Made by a program: the position numbers and the translations under genes | Sequence record: OZ346219.1 | Strand: one strand, 5' to 3' | Length of the DNA stretch: 64,000 nucleotides | Source: a phage | Notes under the pieces: model-generated | The model's database searches: none | Told to the model about the DNA's origin: nothing | The model's input: the letters and a program-made list of their open reading frames with translations, nothing else | In this document: positions 12,870 through 21,672 of the stretch, piece by piece | Position numbering within the stretch: position 1 is the stretch's first letter | Layout: the number at the start of each line of letters is the position of its first letter

Positions 12870-13457
12870 CTAAATATCTAACCAAGACAAGTCAGATCCG
12901 CCCAAGATTTTTTCGACGGCGGATCTATTTTCTTGATGATATAAGTTAAAACATGGTATCCCATGTCTACGGGCAACATAAACAGCAATTCTAGTTCCTC
13001 CAGAAACAATCCCATTAACTTCTTTCGCCCAAAATAACACACAATCTACAGGATCATCAAGTGTCTCACCTAAGACTTGAGCAACATTTCTAGAAAACAG
13101 ATTTTGCATGTATAACGGTATAGAACGAGGATTATCATAAACGTGTTCTAATTCATCCATCGCCAGATTTTTTTGTTCTAAGGTTTGCCATGCAATCACA
13201 TCATGACCGTTATGTTTGTGGTCATAAAACTTCCAATTTGGAATGAAAATTTTTCTATAATCTGGATCGTAATACTTCATGAAAGCATTGTCCATACCGT
13301 AAGCCCCTCCAGAATGCGCTACAACGCGATTTTCTGACAATACCCTCCCAATGGTACTAGCCATTATCAAAATGTCGCTAGGCGCTTTTCTAGAGCCGAT
13401 TAAAGCACATCTACGAAGTGGTTTTACTCCAAATAGATCTTGTAACTGGTCAAACAT
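12870..13457 (-). CDS. SLOG-superfamily (DprA/LOG-like) Rossmann-fold protein
   Basis: 195 aa; CALIGSR...VAHSGGAYGMD and IVSGGTRIAVYVA resemble the glycine-rich motifs of DprA/LOG proteins; RBS ggagg. Confidence 0.55.
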   Translation of the reverse strand: MFDQLQDLFGVKPLRRCALIGSRKAPSDILIMASTIGRVLSENRVVAHSGGAYGMDNAFMKYYDPDYRKIFIPNWKFYDHKHNGHDVIAWQTLEQKNLAMDELEHVYDNPRSIPLYMQNLFSRNVAQVLGETLDDPVDCVLFWAKEVNGIVSGGTRIAVYVARRHGIPCFNLYHQENRSAVEKILGGSDLSWLDI

Positions 13458-13610
13458 AATATTTCCTCCATAGAAAGCAATATCATACTACAAGTTAATA
13501 ACAAATACAAGTATCCGCGTAGCGGAAGCGAGCACAGCGAGCATTAAAAACACTTCCAGTAATTGATTAATAAATGTTCGAAACAAATTTTTATTATTCT
13601 ATAAGATAAG

Positions 13611-13785
13611 TCTTCGTTTTGATCATAATTTAATCATACATGTAAAAACTACACAAAAGGATATCGCTTCGCGAACTCCTACGGAGTATAACATTTGTGT
13701 TACAATATGTAGTGATTAATAATTAACCAAAGATACATTTTCTATGTTCTAAAGATCTTTCTTCGTTTTGATCATAATTTAATCA
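13611..13785. repeat. two 26-bp direct repeats in an AT-rich 410-bp intergenic region
   Basis: tcttcgttttgatcataatttaatca at 13611-13636 and 13760-13785. Confidence 0.7.
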
Positions 13786-13838
13786 AACAGTATTAATATT
13801 GTGCACATGTAAACTAAAATTATGTTAATAACATATAC

Positions 13839-13863
13839 AAAAAAGCCGCCCCGAAGGACGGCT
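13839..13863 (-). terminator. rho-independent terminator (leftward)
   Basis: A-run then agccg..ccccgaagg..cggct hairpin on + strand, i.e. hairpin plus T-run on - strand, just 3' of ORF 13872-14309. Confidence 0.6.
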
Positions 13864-13871
13864 AATGTTAA

Positions 13872-14309
13872 TTATTTGTTGATAACGATCTGATTTCGGC
13901 GAATGGTAACATTACTCTTAGAGATGATCAGATCATCCGGCACTACGTTAGTTTTGTATGGTTGGAAGCGAACAAGCATCTGATTGCGTTTAGACCCTTC
14001 CTTAATCTTGATTTCCATCTGAATATTGTTGCCTACGTGAGCAACCGCAATTTCACCTTTATTCTCATAGACCCACTTGCTGGTAACGTCTCCCGCAAAA
14101 GCCTTAATAACTTGCAATGCTTCGTCGTATGCGGTAGAGCTGTGAACTTTCAGAAGGCCAGCCGTAGCAAGACGGGAGCAAGTGATCGCCGGAGATTGCC
14201 AAACATCAACATTAATTTGCTCAATCAGCGTAACACCGCCCTGATCAACTGCTTTGAATGCTTCGAACATTGCCTTTTTCATTGCTACGTGGTTTTTACG
14301 GAATTTCAT
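13872..14309 (-). CDS. hypothetical protein (145 aa)
   Basis: ORF with terminator downstream; no recognised motif. Confidence 0.55.
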   Translation of the reverse strand: MKFRKNHVAMKKAMFEAFKAVDQGGVTLIEQINVDVWQSPAITCSRLATAGLLKVHSSTAYDEALQVIKAFAGDVTSKWVYENKGEIAVAHVGNNIQMEIKIKEGSKRNQMLVRFQPYKTNVVPDDLIISKSNVTIRRNQIVINK

Positions 14310-14355
14310 AATTAGTCACCTCTATTGATTAGTTATTCAGAATATTAATTACAAA

Positions 14356-14631
14356 TCAGGACATTGCCCGTTTGAATGCGTCCATTATAACAGTGTTATT
14401 TGGCATGTCAACACGTTTTTGAACTTTATTTTTAAATTTTTTGTTGATGTGGTGTTTACGATAAACAACCTTTTCACGGTTGGCGTAATCCTCTCGTGCA
14501 TCTTTTACCATCAACCATGCCTTAGCCGCATCTTGTCCGCTGATCCCGCCAATCTTTTTAGCAATATCAACAAAATTAAGACCGTGGTCTTCGCGTAGCA
14601 TGTAAACCATTAACGCTGTTTTCTTGTCCAT
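14356..14631 (-). CDS. hypothetical protein (91 aa; start at internal Met of track ORF)
   Basis: MDKKTALMVYML...; ATG overlaps the stop of the upstream ORF (ATGA). Confidence 0.45.
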   Translation of the reverse strand: MDKKTALMVYMLREDHGLNFVDIAKKIGGISGQDAAKAWLMVKDAREDYANREKVVYRKHHINKKFKNKVQKRVDMPNNTVIMDAFKRAMS

Positions 14632-14828
14632 CACTTCGCCCCATTGACGATTAACAGGATAGTGATCAGCACCGGAAACTGGATCATGATAGTGCCAATA
14701 AACCGGATAAATGCATTTTCTGACTTCCACACATGACATGCGACTAGCTGATAGACCATTGTTGAAACCAGAACTAGGATATAAACCGAAAGCGGTGTAA
14801 CTTCGATTAGTCGGGAAATCTCATTCAT
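14631..14828 (-). CDS. small hydrophobic (membrane) protein, 65 aa
   Basis: two hydrophobic stretches (LSVYILVLVSTMVYQLVA, IMIQFPVLITILLIV). Confidence 0.4.
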   Translation of the reverse strand: MNEISRLIEVTPLSVYILVLVSTMVYQLVACHVWKSENAFIRFIGTIMIQFPVLITILLIVNGAK

Positions 14829-14992
14829 ACTTCACCTCATACATTCATAAACACAACAACGAATAATACAGTAACAGTTATTAAAGCCATTTTCAACCCC
14901 ATATTCATAATATTTTCTTCGCCTCACTATGACAGTAGCATGTCGATGCGTGCCATTATAGGCATCTAAATCGCTCTGTCAAGCACAAAAAC

Positions 14993-15017
14993 AAAAAAGC
15001 CACCCCGAAGGATGGCT
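14993..15017 (-). terminator. rho-independent terminator (leftward)
   Basis: agcca..ccccgaagg..tggct hairpin preceded by A-run on + strand, 3' of hoc. Confidence 0.6.
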
Positions 15018-15028
15018 GATAGATTTCA

Positions 15029-15769
15029 TTAAGCAGGATGCGTTTCACGAATGCGTAGAACTCGCTCTAACGTCTCTCGGTCCAGCTTATGTAACTCTTT
15101 GGAATGATACATGAAACCATTGCGAGATTCCATGCAAGTGCAATCACTATATTTTTCTTCCGCTGCCGCGATTGTCTCCAGATCTTTGGCGTACTTGCTG
15201 GTAGAATAAACTTCTCGGTCACGCCACTCTAACCCAGCCTCATTGAATTTAACAATCTCGTCAAATACCCACCATCCAATGTAGATAAATGAAGTTTTGC
15301 GCCACGGGATCGGGTGTACGTAACGAAACATTTTAACAACTTCCATTGAACATTTTCTACTTGTACTTGTTGCAACTTCTACTGGTTCATCTTCAATCTG
15401 TTGATATAGTTTAGCAACACACCAGAATTTGGCTGTGTCATCGTAAGTAGCACTCTCTTTGAACAGATGACCGTCTGGCATGATAGAAAATCCTTCCAGT
15501 GCTTCGCCGACCTCACTACCGATTAGAGTCGGTGACGGTTGCCCTTCGCGCTGCAAATACCAGTTATATTTGATCGTCAAATTAGGCATACCGCTAGAAT
15601 CACCTACAATGTCCTCTGACACAACATAATTAAGTGATATCTCATTACCTAGTGCCACGGTCTTTGATTCCACCACATCCTGATCTACGTTCATTGTTGC
15701 CAGCATGATTTTAGTCGATGCGCTAGCGGCTGAATCTTCCGACTCACCCCACACTTTTACAGTATACAC
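15029..15769 (-). CDS. hoc: Hoc outer capsid protein, C-terminal part (after -1 frameshift)
   Basis: YVHPIPWRKTSFIYIGWWVFDEI...ESRNGFMYHSKELH matches T4 Hoc capsid-binding C-terminus; track start is GTG. Confidence 0.7.
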   Translation of the reverse strand: MYTVKVWGESEDSAASASTKIMLATMNVDQDVVESKTVALGNEISLNYVVSEDIVGDSSGMPNLTIKYNWYLQREGQPSPTLIGSEVGEALEGFSIMPDGHLFKESATYDDTAKFWCVAKLYQQIEDEPVEVATSTSRKCSMEVVKMFRYVHPIPWRKTSFIYIGWWVFDEIVKFNEAGLEWRDREVYSTSKYAKDLETIAAAEEKYSDCTCMESRNGFMYHSKELHKLDRETLERVLRIRETHPA

Positions 15770-16242
15770 GCCGTTTTTATCTGCTGTAAATTCTTGGATT
15801 GTAATATCTTTTTTGTGTCTATAACGTCTTCGCCCTTACTCCAACTATAATGTAGTTCATAGTTGTCTGCTGGAGTCTTCCCACCAGAAAAATTTACTGT
15901 TGCATGTAATTCTACGTCTTTTTGTAATGATACGTAGAAATGCTGCGGTTCGGTGATATTTACGATTAATTCAGCTTCTTCCATGAGGAAAACTTCAGAT
16001 TCTACTGATTCCGTCGTATCGGTATCTTGTACCGTTACTTTATAGCTACCTGCATTTTCACTTGTTGCGTCTGCTACAGTTAGCGTAGCTGTGTTATTTT
16101 CATGCGGTTGGTCGTCTTTTGTCCATGTATATGTCAAATTGCTGGGTAATGGTTCGTCACCCGCTACAGTCGCCGTTAAGGTGAAACCATCTCCAGCAAG
16201 AAAACATCTTTTGTTAGATTGTATTGATACTGTGAAAGCCAT
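15757..16242 (-). CDS. hoc: Hoc outer capsid protein, N-terminal Ig-like part (ends at frameshift)
   Basis: MAFTVSIQ...FTLTATVAG...LTYTWTKDD resembles T4 Hoc N-terminus; ORF stops just after an A6 run. Confidence 0.7.
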   Translation of the reverse strand: MAFTVSIQSNKRCFLAGDGFTLTATVAGDEPLPSNLTYTWTKDDQPHENNTATLTVADATSENAGSYKVTVQDTDTTESVESEVFLMEEAELIVNITEPQHFYVSLQKDVELHATVNFSGGKTPADNYELHYSWSKGEDVIDTKKILQSKNLQQIKTACIL

Positions 16243-16411
16243 ATAAAGCCACTCCCATAGAAAATCCGAATTTAATTAATTGAAATAGTTGATTGTCATC
16301 AACCAGATAACCATTGTGAGATTCCAATACATGAGTATTAGAATAGTGATGCAACGAGGCCGAAATAGTATCGGTCTCGTCTGGGTATTTGTTCTGTTTG
16401 ATGTAATACAT
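16214..16411 (-). CDS. small hypothetical protein (65 aa)
   Basis: ORF only; overlaps hoc start. Confidence 0.3.
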   Translation of the reverse strand: MYYIKQNKYPDETDTISASLHHYSNTHVLESHNGYLVDDNQLFQLIKFGFSMGVALYGFHSINTI

Positions 16412-16507
16412 TGATTTTGTTAGACATGTAGTATCCTCTTTTTAATTGCATAACGGAACTACAATTAAAATTATAACAAATATTTCACAACTTTTATCAC
16501 CCAAAAA

Positions 16508-17236
16508 TTACTTGAGTGTGTGGAATTGGCTATGTTTAGTCTCTCGCACCTTGACAGACCCATCGCGTTTGATATAATAGATCAGTGACTTGAGGGTGTC
16601 GTGTACATACGCGTGCGGGAAACGCTCTGGATACTTCTTCCAATCTGGAGTATTAACGATCCAGTCGAAAATCCACCACGGGCAGGAGTAGTAACCACGA
16701 CCGCCACCGATCAAGCAAATGGTCGGACGGAAGCCAGTAAGATCGCAAAATGAATCAGTGTCATGTGCTGGGGAACGATGATCTGCTTCGTCAGAGAAAA
16801 GGTTGGCTACCGGAGATTCCACTTTAACTTCCGGTACATCTACAACTTCAATTGTAACTGGTACTGTGTGTGGTTTGGCTTCTTCTACAACTTCAATTGT
16901 AATTGGTTCTTCTTTTTGTTCTGGTTCTTTCATTGCTTCAACCAGAGACGGATCAACTTCGTCGAATACCACTTTATCATCTGCGGTGTCTGCTGCCAGA
17001 ATAAGATCGTTAATACTGGTTCCTTCTGCCGGAGTTTCTTCTTCCATTTCGGAAGCCAGTTTAGTTAATTCGGTCTCTACGAACTCGATCATGTTCTCTA
17101 GCGAGAGCGTCTTTTTGACCTTAATATCAAATTGTTTCGCGTAGTCCGCTAATTCTGTTTTAGCGGTTTTCTGTGCTTCTTTGTCGTCGGACGCCGCAAT
17201 AGCGCGGAGTTCTTCGAAATATTCTTTATCAAACAT
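16508..17236 (-). CDS. hypothetical acidic protein with Cys/Trp-rich C-terminal domain (position of T4 inh)
   Basis: 242 aa; internal TIEVV repeats; position between hoc and uvsW. Confidence 0.55.
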   Translation of the reverse strand: MFDKEYFEELRAIAASDDKEAQKTAKTELADYAKQFDIKVKKTLSLENMIEFVETELTKLASEMEEETPAEGTSINDLILAADTADDKVVFDEVDPSLVEAMKEPEQKEEPITIEVVEEAKPHTVPVTIEVVDVPEVKVESPVANLFSDEADHRSPAHDTDSFCDLTGFRPTICLIGGGRGYYSCPWWIFDWIVNTPDWKKYPERFPHAYVHDTLKSLIYYIKRDGSVKVRETKHSQFHTLK

Positions 17237-17262
17237 GTTATTCTCCTGATTGGGGGTGTTTG

Positions 17263-17270
17263 TATAAATA
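17263..17270 (+). promoter_or_regulatory. T4-type late promoter (TATAAATA) upstream of uvsW
   Basis: TATAAATA 37 nt upstream of uvsW ATG. Confidence 0.45.
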
Positions 17271-17306
17271 TTTGTATACTGTATTTATTGAGTGAGGCTA
17301 TTCGCT

Positions 17307-18809
17307 ATGCAAGATATTAAAATTCACTTTCTGAACTACTCCCATGTTCAAATTGAATGTAGCGATTCAATTTTATTAGAAATGCGAGATTATTTTAGTT
17401 TTGAAGTTGAGGGAGCGCGGTTTCAAAAAAGATTTAAGTATGGTGGATGGGATGGGCGTATTCGTCTTTTAGATTACAACGGAAAGCTGCCAATCGGCCT
17501 AACTAAAACCGTGGGAATCTTCGCTAAAAATATGGGCTATAGCGTATGGGTAGATCCTCGCTTATTCGAAAAAGAACAAGTTACAGAAGAAGAAATTACA
17601 AAATGGTGTAATGACTTAGAATTATATTCCGGTGCTAACAGGATCACCCCGCATTGGTATCAATCAAAGGCTGTCTTTGAAGGTATTCATCATAAACGCC
17701 GTATGTTAGTTTTGCCTACGTCCGCTGGTAAATCTGCGATTGCTTGTATGTTGTCTCGTTGGTACTTAGAGAACTACGAAGGGAAAGTGTTGATCATCGT
17801 TCCTACCACGTCGCTAGTGCTGCAAATGCGTGATGACTTTGTTGATTATCGCCAGTTTCCTTATGAAGCAATTCATACTATCATGAGCGGTACTAGTAAA
17901 CACGTAGGTGATCGCCTGATCGTTGTTAGTACATGGCAATCTGCATGTAAACAACCTCGTGAGTGGTTCCAGCAATTTGGGATGGTAATTGTTGATGAAT
18001 GTCACAAGGCCACTGCTAAAAACCTGCTAAACATCGTTACTGATATGGATCATTGCCAATTTAAGATCGGCATGACTGGTTCCCCTCGTGACGGGAAAGC
18101 TAACATGATGCAGTATGTCGGGCTTTTCGGTGATATTTCTAAGATCGTGAGTATTGACCGCCTGATGGAAGAAGGTCAAGTGACAAAACTGAAAATTAAC
18201 TGCCTTTTCCTTCGTTATACCGATGAGGAATGTAGCGCGGTTAAGGGGCGAGAATATGCGGAAGAGATCAAGTATATTACATCTAACCCACGAAGAAATA
18301 AGTTTGCTTGCAATTTGGCGCTAAAACTCGCTAAGAAGGGCGAAAACGTATTCCTGATGTTCCGCAATACTAAGCACGGAAAACTTATGTATGATGCGTT
18401 ACAGAAGGTACACAACAAGGTTTATTATATTGACGGTGGAGTTAAGACAGAAGAACGTGATGAATTTAAGAAAATGGTGGAGGGTGACACCGGGATCATT
18501 TGTGTTGCGTCTTATGGTGTGTTCTCTACTGGTGTTTCAATTAAGAATTTGCACCATGTTATTTTCGGTCATCCAGTGAAGGAATCAACTATCGTTCGTC
18601 AGAGTATCGGTCGTGCATTGCGTAAACATGGTTCTAAGGATATTGCAACGGTCTGGGATCTTATAGATCATCTGGCGGTGAAGACAAAGAGCAAGAATGC
18701 TAAGAAACAGTTTAGTCACCTTAATTATGCTCTTAAACATGCCCTTGAAAGAATAAAAATTTACAACACCGACCGATTCGAATATGTCACGAAAACCATC
18801 GAGATTTAA
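17307..18809 (+). CDS. uvsW: UvsW DNA helicase
   Basis: start at MQDIKIHF (RBS gagg); HWYQ, LPTSAGKS, ILIIVPTT, DECH, GMTGS.RDGKAN, VASYGVFSTG, HLNY match T4 UvsW. Confidence 0.93.
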   Translation: MQDIKIHFLNYSHVQIECSDSILLEMRDYFSFEVEGARFQKRFKYGGWDGRIRLLDYNGKLPIGLTKTVGIFAKNMGYSVWVDPRLFEKEQVTEEEITKWCNDLELYSGANRITPHWYQSKAVFEGIHHKRRMLVLPTSAGKSAIACMLSRWYLENYEGKVLIIVPTTSLVLQMRDDFVDYRQFPYEAIHTIMSGTSKHVGDRLIVVSTWQSACKQPREWFQQFGMVIVDECHKATAKNLLNIVTDMDHCQFKIGMTGSPRDGKANMMQYVGLFGDISKIVSIDRLMEEGQVTKLKINCLFLRYTDEECSAVKGREYAEEIKYITSNPRRNKFACNLALKLAKKGENVFLMFRNTKHGKLMYDALQKVHNKVYYIDGGVKTEERDEFKKMVEGDTGIICVASYGVFSTGVSIKNLHHVIFGHPVKESTIVRQSIGRALRKHGSKDIATVWDLIDHLAVKTKSKNAKKQFSHLNYALKHALERIKIYNTDRFEYVTKTIEI

Positions 18810-18815
18810 TAAATA

Positions 18816-18838
18816 GGGGCTTTAATGCCCCCTTTATT
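18816..18838 (+). terminator. stem-loop/terminator after uvsW
   Basis: ggggc tttaat gcccc followed by TTTATT. Confidence 0.45.
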
Positions 18839-18853
18839 CTACGGAGATTAAAA

Positions 18854-19090
18854 ATGATTAGCTTTAAACGTTTTTTGGTTGAGGCCGCTATTGACGGTTT
18901 CATGCGTAAGATTTATTCTTGTAATACTATCGAGGGATTAAATGAACTTGAGGCATATTATGAGAAGCGCAAGAAAGAAACAGAATTGAAACCTGCTGAT
19001 GATATTTCGATCCGTGATGCCATCGCTGGACGCCGTAAGCAATTGGAAGCGGACAACGAGCCAGAAGATGAGCCGGAAGAGGATTTTTAA
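18854..19090 (+). CDS. uvsW.1: UvsW.1
   Basis: 78 aa; follows uvsW as in T4. Confidence 0.75.
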   Translation: MISFKRFLVEAAIDGFMRKIYSCNTIEGLNELEAYYEKRKKETELKPADDISIRDAIAGRRKQLEADNEPEDEPEEDF

Positions 19091-19101
19091 GATATAAAAA
19101 A

Positions 19102-19120
19102 GCCCCATCATTGATGGGGC
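19102..19120. terminator. bidirectional stem-loop terminator between convergent genes
   Basis: gccccatc attg atggggc flanked by A- and T-rich runs. Confidence 0.55.
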
Positions 19121-19153
19121 AAAATAAACCAATTAAAATCGGTTATCAACAAA

Positions 19154-19330
19154 TTACATTAACAGCATTGTTTGCTCTACGAGTTGTTCTTGTTCTTCGC
19201 CGTTCGCATCTTCACTAATCGAACGTTCTGTTACTAGCTGTAAGCAGTAGCCAGTGTGAACAACGCCGTTTTCTGTCTGGACGGATAACGCATCCTCGAC
19301 AGGTTGTTTACAACAAATACAGATTTTCAT
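19154..19330 (-). CDS. small Cys-rich protein (58 aa)
   Basis: MKICICCKQP...; strong RBS caggagg; position of T4 uvsY.-1/-2. Confidence 0.4.
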   Translation of the reverse strand: MKICICCKQPVEDALSVQTENGVVHTGYCLQLVTERSISEDANGEEQEQLVEQTMLLM

Positions 19331-19351
19331 AAAAATTCCTCCTGCATGTAT

Positions 19352-19759
19352 TTAGCGTCCAGATTCCAGCATACGCAATTCTATAGCATTCTTGATCGCA
19401 AATCCACGAGATTTAACGATATCAAGTGCGCGACCAGCAAAATCCATTACCATCTGGTAATATGCAATTTTCGTATCAAGCGGTAAGATCTCGTCGTCTG
19501 CTGCCATGACAACTTTCAATTCTGATTTCTCATATTCAGCGCGACACCAGTCATCACTGCGGTTAGTGTAAAAATCAAGACGATTTTTCATAGCCTTTTT
19601 CTTTTTAGCCTCAAGAGCAATCGTCTCTCTTTTCGCCTCGCTGTAAATCCTTAACCACTTTGAGTATACTACCGGATTATTCAGCGCCTCCCATTGCAAC
19701 TTAGTCGCATCGATCTTCATGTCAGCTTCTAATTGTTCTTTCAAATCGTTTAGGTCCAT
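19352..19759 (-). CDS. uvsY: UvsY recombination mediator
   Basis: 135 aa; KLQ.EA.NN...YSKWL, KSE.K, IKSRGFAIK match T4 UvsY. Confidence 0.9.
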   Translation of the reverse strand: MDLNDLKEQLEADMKIDATKLQWEALNNPVVYSKWLRIYSEAKRETIALEAKKKKAMKNRLDFYTNRSDDWCRAEYEKSELKVVMAADDEILPLDTKIAYYQMVMDFAGRALDIVKSRGFAIKNAIELRMLESGR

Positions 19760-19806
19760 AATATCCCCTTATTCACACTAAGACCTATATCATATCACAC
19801 ACAAAA

Positions 19807-20205
19807 TCACTTTGCAAGTCTTATGCGTAGTTGTTCAAGATCATCTGGGTTATCTATTACTGAAAAGTAGATTGATACTATGATTGAGTTATCGTCGTAC
19901 TGCGGAGTTACTTCTACTGTCAGGTTTCGGACCCGTGGTTCATAGTTTCGGATCGCCTCATTGATGTTTTTTGATAAGGTATCCACTGTCAGTGGGTTCA
20001 TGTTCTCAAACAGTGATTTATTGAGATCGCATCCAAACAGTGGATCAAATGGACGAGATCCCTTGCGAGTGGTCACGATCAGTAGAATAGAATCCTTAAC
20101 CGCTTTAATCCCTATGTTCTTTTTAACGTCGTTATTCCACGATCTGGATATATTGAGATCCAAATCAGTATACATCTGATTAATAGTTGCCATGTTATAC
20201 CTCAA
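19807..20205 (-). CDS. 25: baseplate wedge protein gp25
   Basis: 132 aa; TTRKGSRPFDP.FGCDL, NYEPR, SVIDNPDD.EQ match T4 gp25. Confidence 0.92.
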   Translation of the reverse strand: MRYNMATINQMYTDLDLNISRSWNNDVKKNIGIKAVKDSILLIVTTRKGSRPFDPLFGCDLNKSLFENMNPLTVDTLSKNINEAIRNYEPRVRNLTVEVTPQYDDNSIIVSIYFSVIDNPDDLEQLRIRLAK

Positions 20206-20831
20206 AGAATTTTAAGGAAACTGGATAGACCTGATAATGAATATACACCAGATTCCCCGCATTCGCACTTGATCGGTACTGCCAGCGTGATTTGATTTCT
20301 TGTTAGCTCGTCGATCACTTCTTCCACTTTATCCGTGGTAAGCATATCCAGCACGCGGTCAAAGTCCTGTGCGTTCAGGTCGTCTATATTGAATTGCTGA
20401 TCTCCGATCACGATATATTCGATACATGCAATTACCATCTGCATAATATCAACATCTTCTGTAAACTTAGGTTGACGAAACTTGATTTTTACTTGTCCTA
20501 AGTCCAGAATATACGGTTCAACTTCTGGTATCTGTGTGCGTGAAACATCAAGAGAATATACTTTCTCTTTATTGCATACACCACATACCCAAGTAGCATC
20601 AATTTTCATCTTATTGAGGCTGTGACACCATAAGAGAAGAAAAATATATTCTGCTTCGCATTTCTCTAGCTCTAATGCATTGATCCCCGTACATTCATGT
20701 ATGATCTCTATAACAACCTCTGACAGCTTGCCAGTCTCTTTTGCTGCTACCAGTTTTTGAAATTCGCCGAAGGTGAAAGCACGGGCGTGTATCAACTTTT
20801 CGCCTAATTGGATCTTGAAAAAGTATTGCAT
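20202..20831 (-). CDS. 26: baseplate hub protein gp26
   Basis: 209 aa; synteny, ATGA overlap with gene 25. Confidence 0.75.
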   Translation of the reverse strand: MQYFFKIQLGEKLIHARAFTFGEFQKLVAAKETGKLSEVVIEIIHECTGINALELEKCEAEYIFLLLWCHSLNKMKIDATWVCGVCNKEKVYSLDVSRTQIPEVEPYILDLGQVKIKFRQPKFTEDVDIMQMVIACIEYIVIGDQQFNIDDLNAQDFDRVLDMLTTDKVEEVIDELTRNQITLAVPIKCECGESGVYSLSGLSSFLKIL

Positions 20832-20873
20832 AATAAAACACCCTTTATAAACACATAGAATTATTTAGTATTT

Positions 20874-20881
20874 TATAAATA
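20874..20881 (+). promoter_or_regulatory. T4-type late promoter (TATAAATA) upstream of gene 51
   Basis: TATAAATA 21 nt upstream of ATG. Confidence 0.5.
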
Positions 20882-20901
20882 CCCGAAAGGGGGATTATAC
20901 C

Positions 20902-21672
20902 ATGAATATTATCCGAATAAAACTGCCGGAAGGTGTGCAGAGATTTAAACCATTCACGGTAAAAGATTATAGAGATTTCCTTCTGGTGTCAACTGAAATT
21001 AAGATGAATCCAGAAGAAGAACAAACGATTCTGGATGAGCTATTAGAAGAAATATATCCAGACGTAGATCCGGCATTTCGTGAATATATTTTCCTGAATG
21101 TCTTTATTAGTTCAATTGGTAAAACTAAGATACCGCTTTGTTTTACTTGCCCGACTTGCAACAAAGAAAGAAAAATGTTGCTTAACTTACAGGTTGAAGC
21201 ATTAAAACCAATCGTTCTAGAAGCCGCAGGGCTTAAAATAACTTTCCGGTATGTTAAACCATCAACCGACTATGCAAAAACGTTTCTGGATGCGATAGAG
21301 CGTGTATCCGATGGTATTAATGATTATCTATGGACTGAATTACCGGAAGACGTTAGAGAACAGGTTATCGATTCAATCTCATTTGCTGAATTTGAAGAAG
21401 TTGTTAAGCAGATGCACACAATCAAGATCGAACAAAAGATATCTTGTTGTGAAAGTCATGACCTGAAATACATAGGTCTTCTTCCATTGTTCAAATTGTT
21501 GTTGAATCCAGATGAGTTATTCATCTTTTATCGAATAAACCATCTATTGGCAAAATCAAATTATTCTATCAGTGATCTTATGGACATGTTACCCGTCGAG
21601 AGAAACATTGCACTGACACTGGTCGAGAAAGACGTAAAAGAGGCAAACAATGCAAAGAACGGGGTTTCCTAA
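20902..21672 (+). CDS. 51: baseplate hub assembly protein gp51
   Basis: 256 aa; synteny 26/51/27. Confidence 0.75.
   Translation: MNIIRIKLPEGVQRFKPFTVKDYRDFLLVSTEIKMNPEEEQTILDELLEEIYPDVDPAFREYIFLNVFISSIGKTKIPLCFTCPTCNKERKMLLNLQVEALKPIVLEAAGLKITFRYVKPSTDYAKTFLDAIERVSDGINDYLWTELPEDVREQVIDSISFAEFEEVVKQMHTIKIEQKISCCESHDLKYIGLLPLFKLLLNPDELFIFYRINHLLAKSNYSISDLMDMLPVERNIALTLVEKDVKEANNAKNGVS

Noticed and set aside
16763-17144. Two overlapping + strand ORFs (101 and 113 aa)
   Set aside because: Antisense to the better-supported leftward gene 16508-17236; low-complexity composition.
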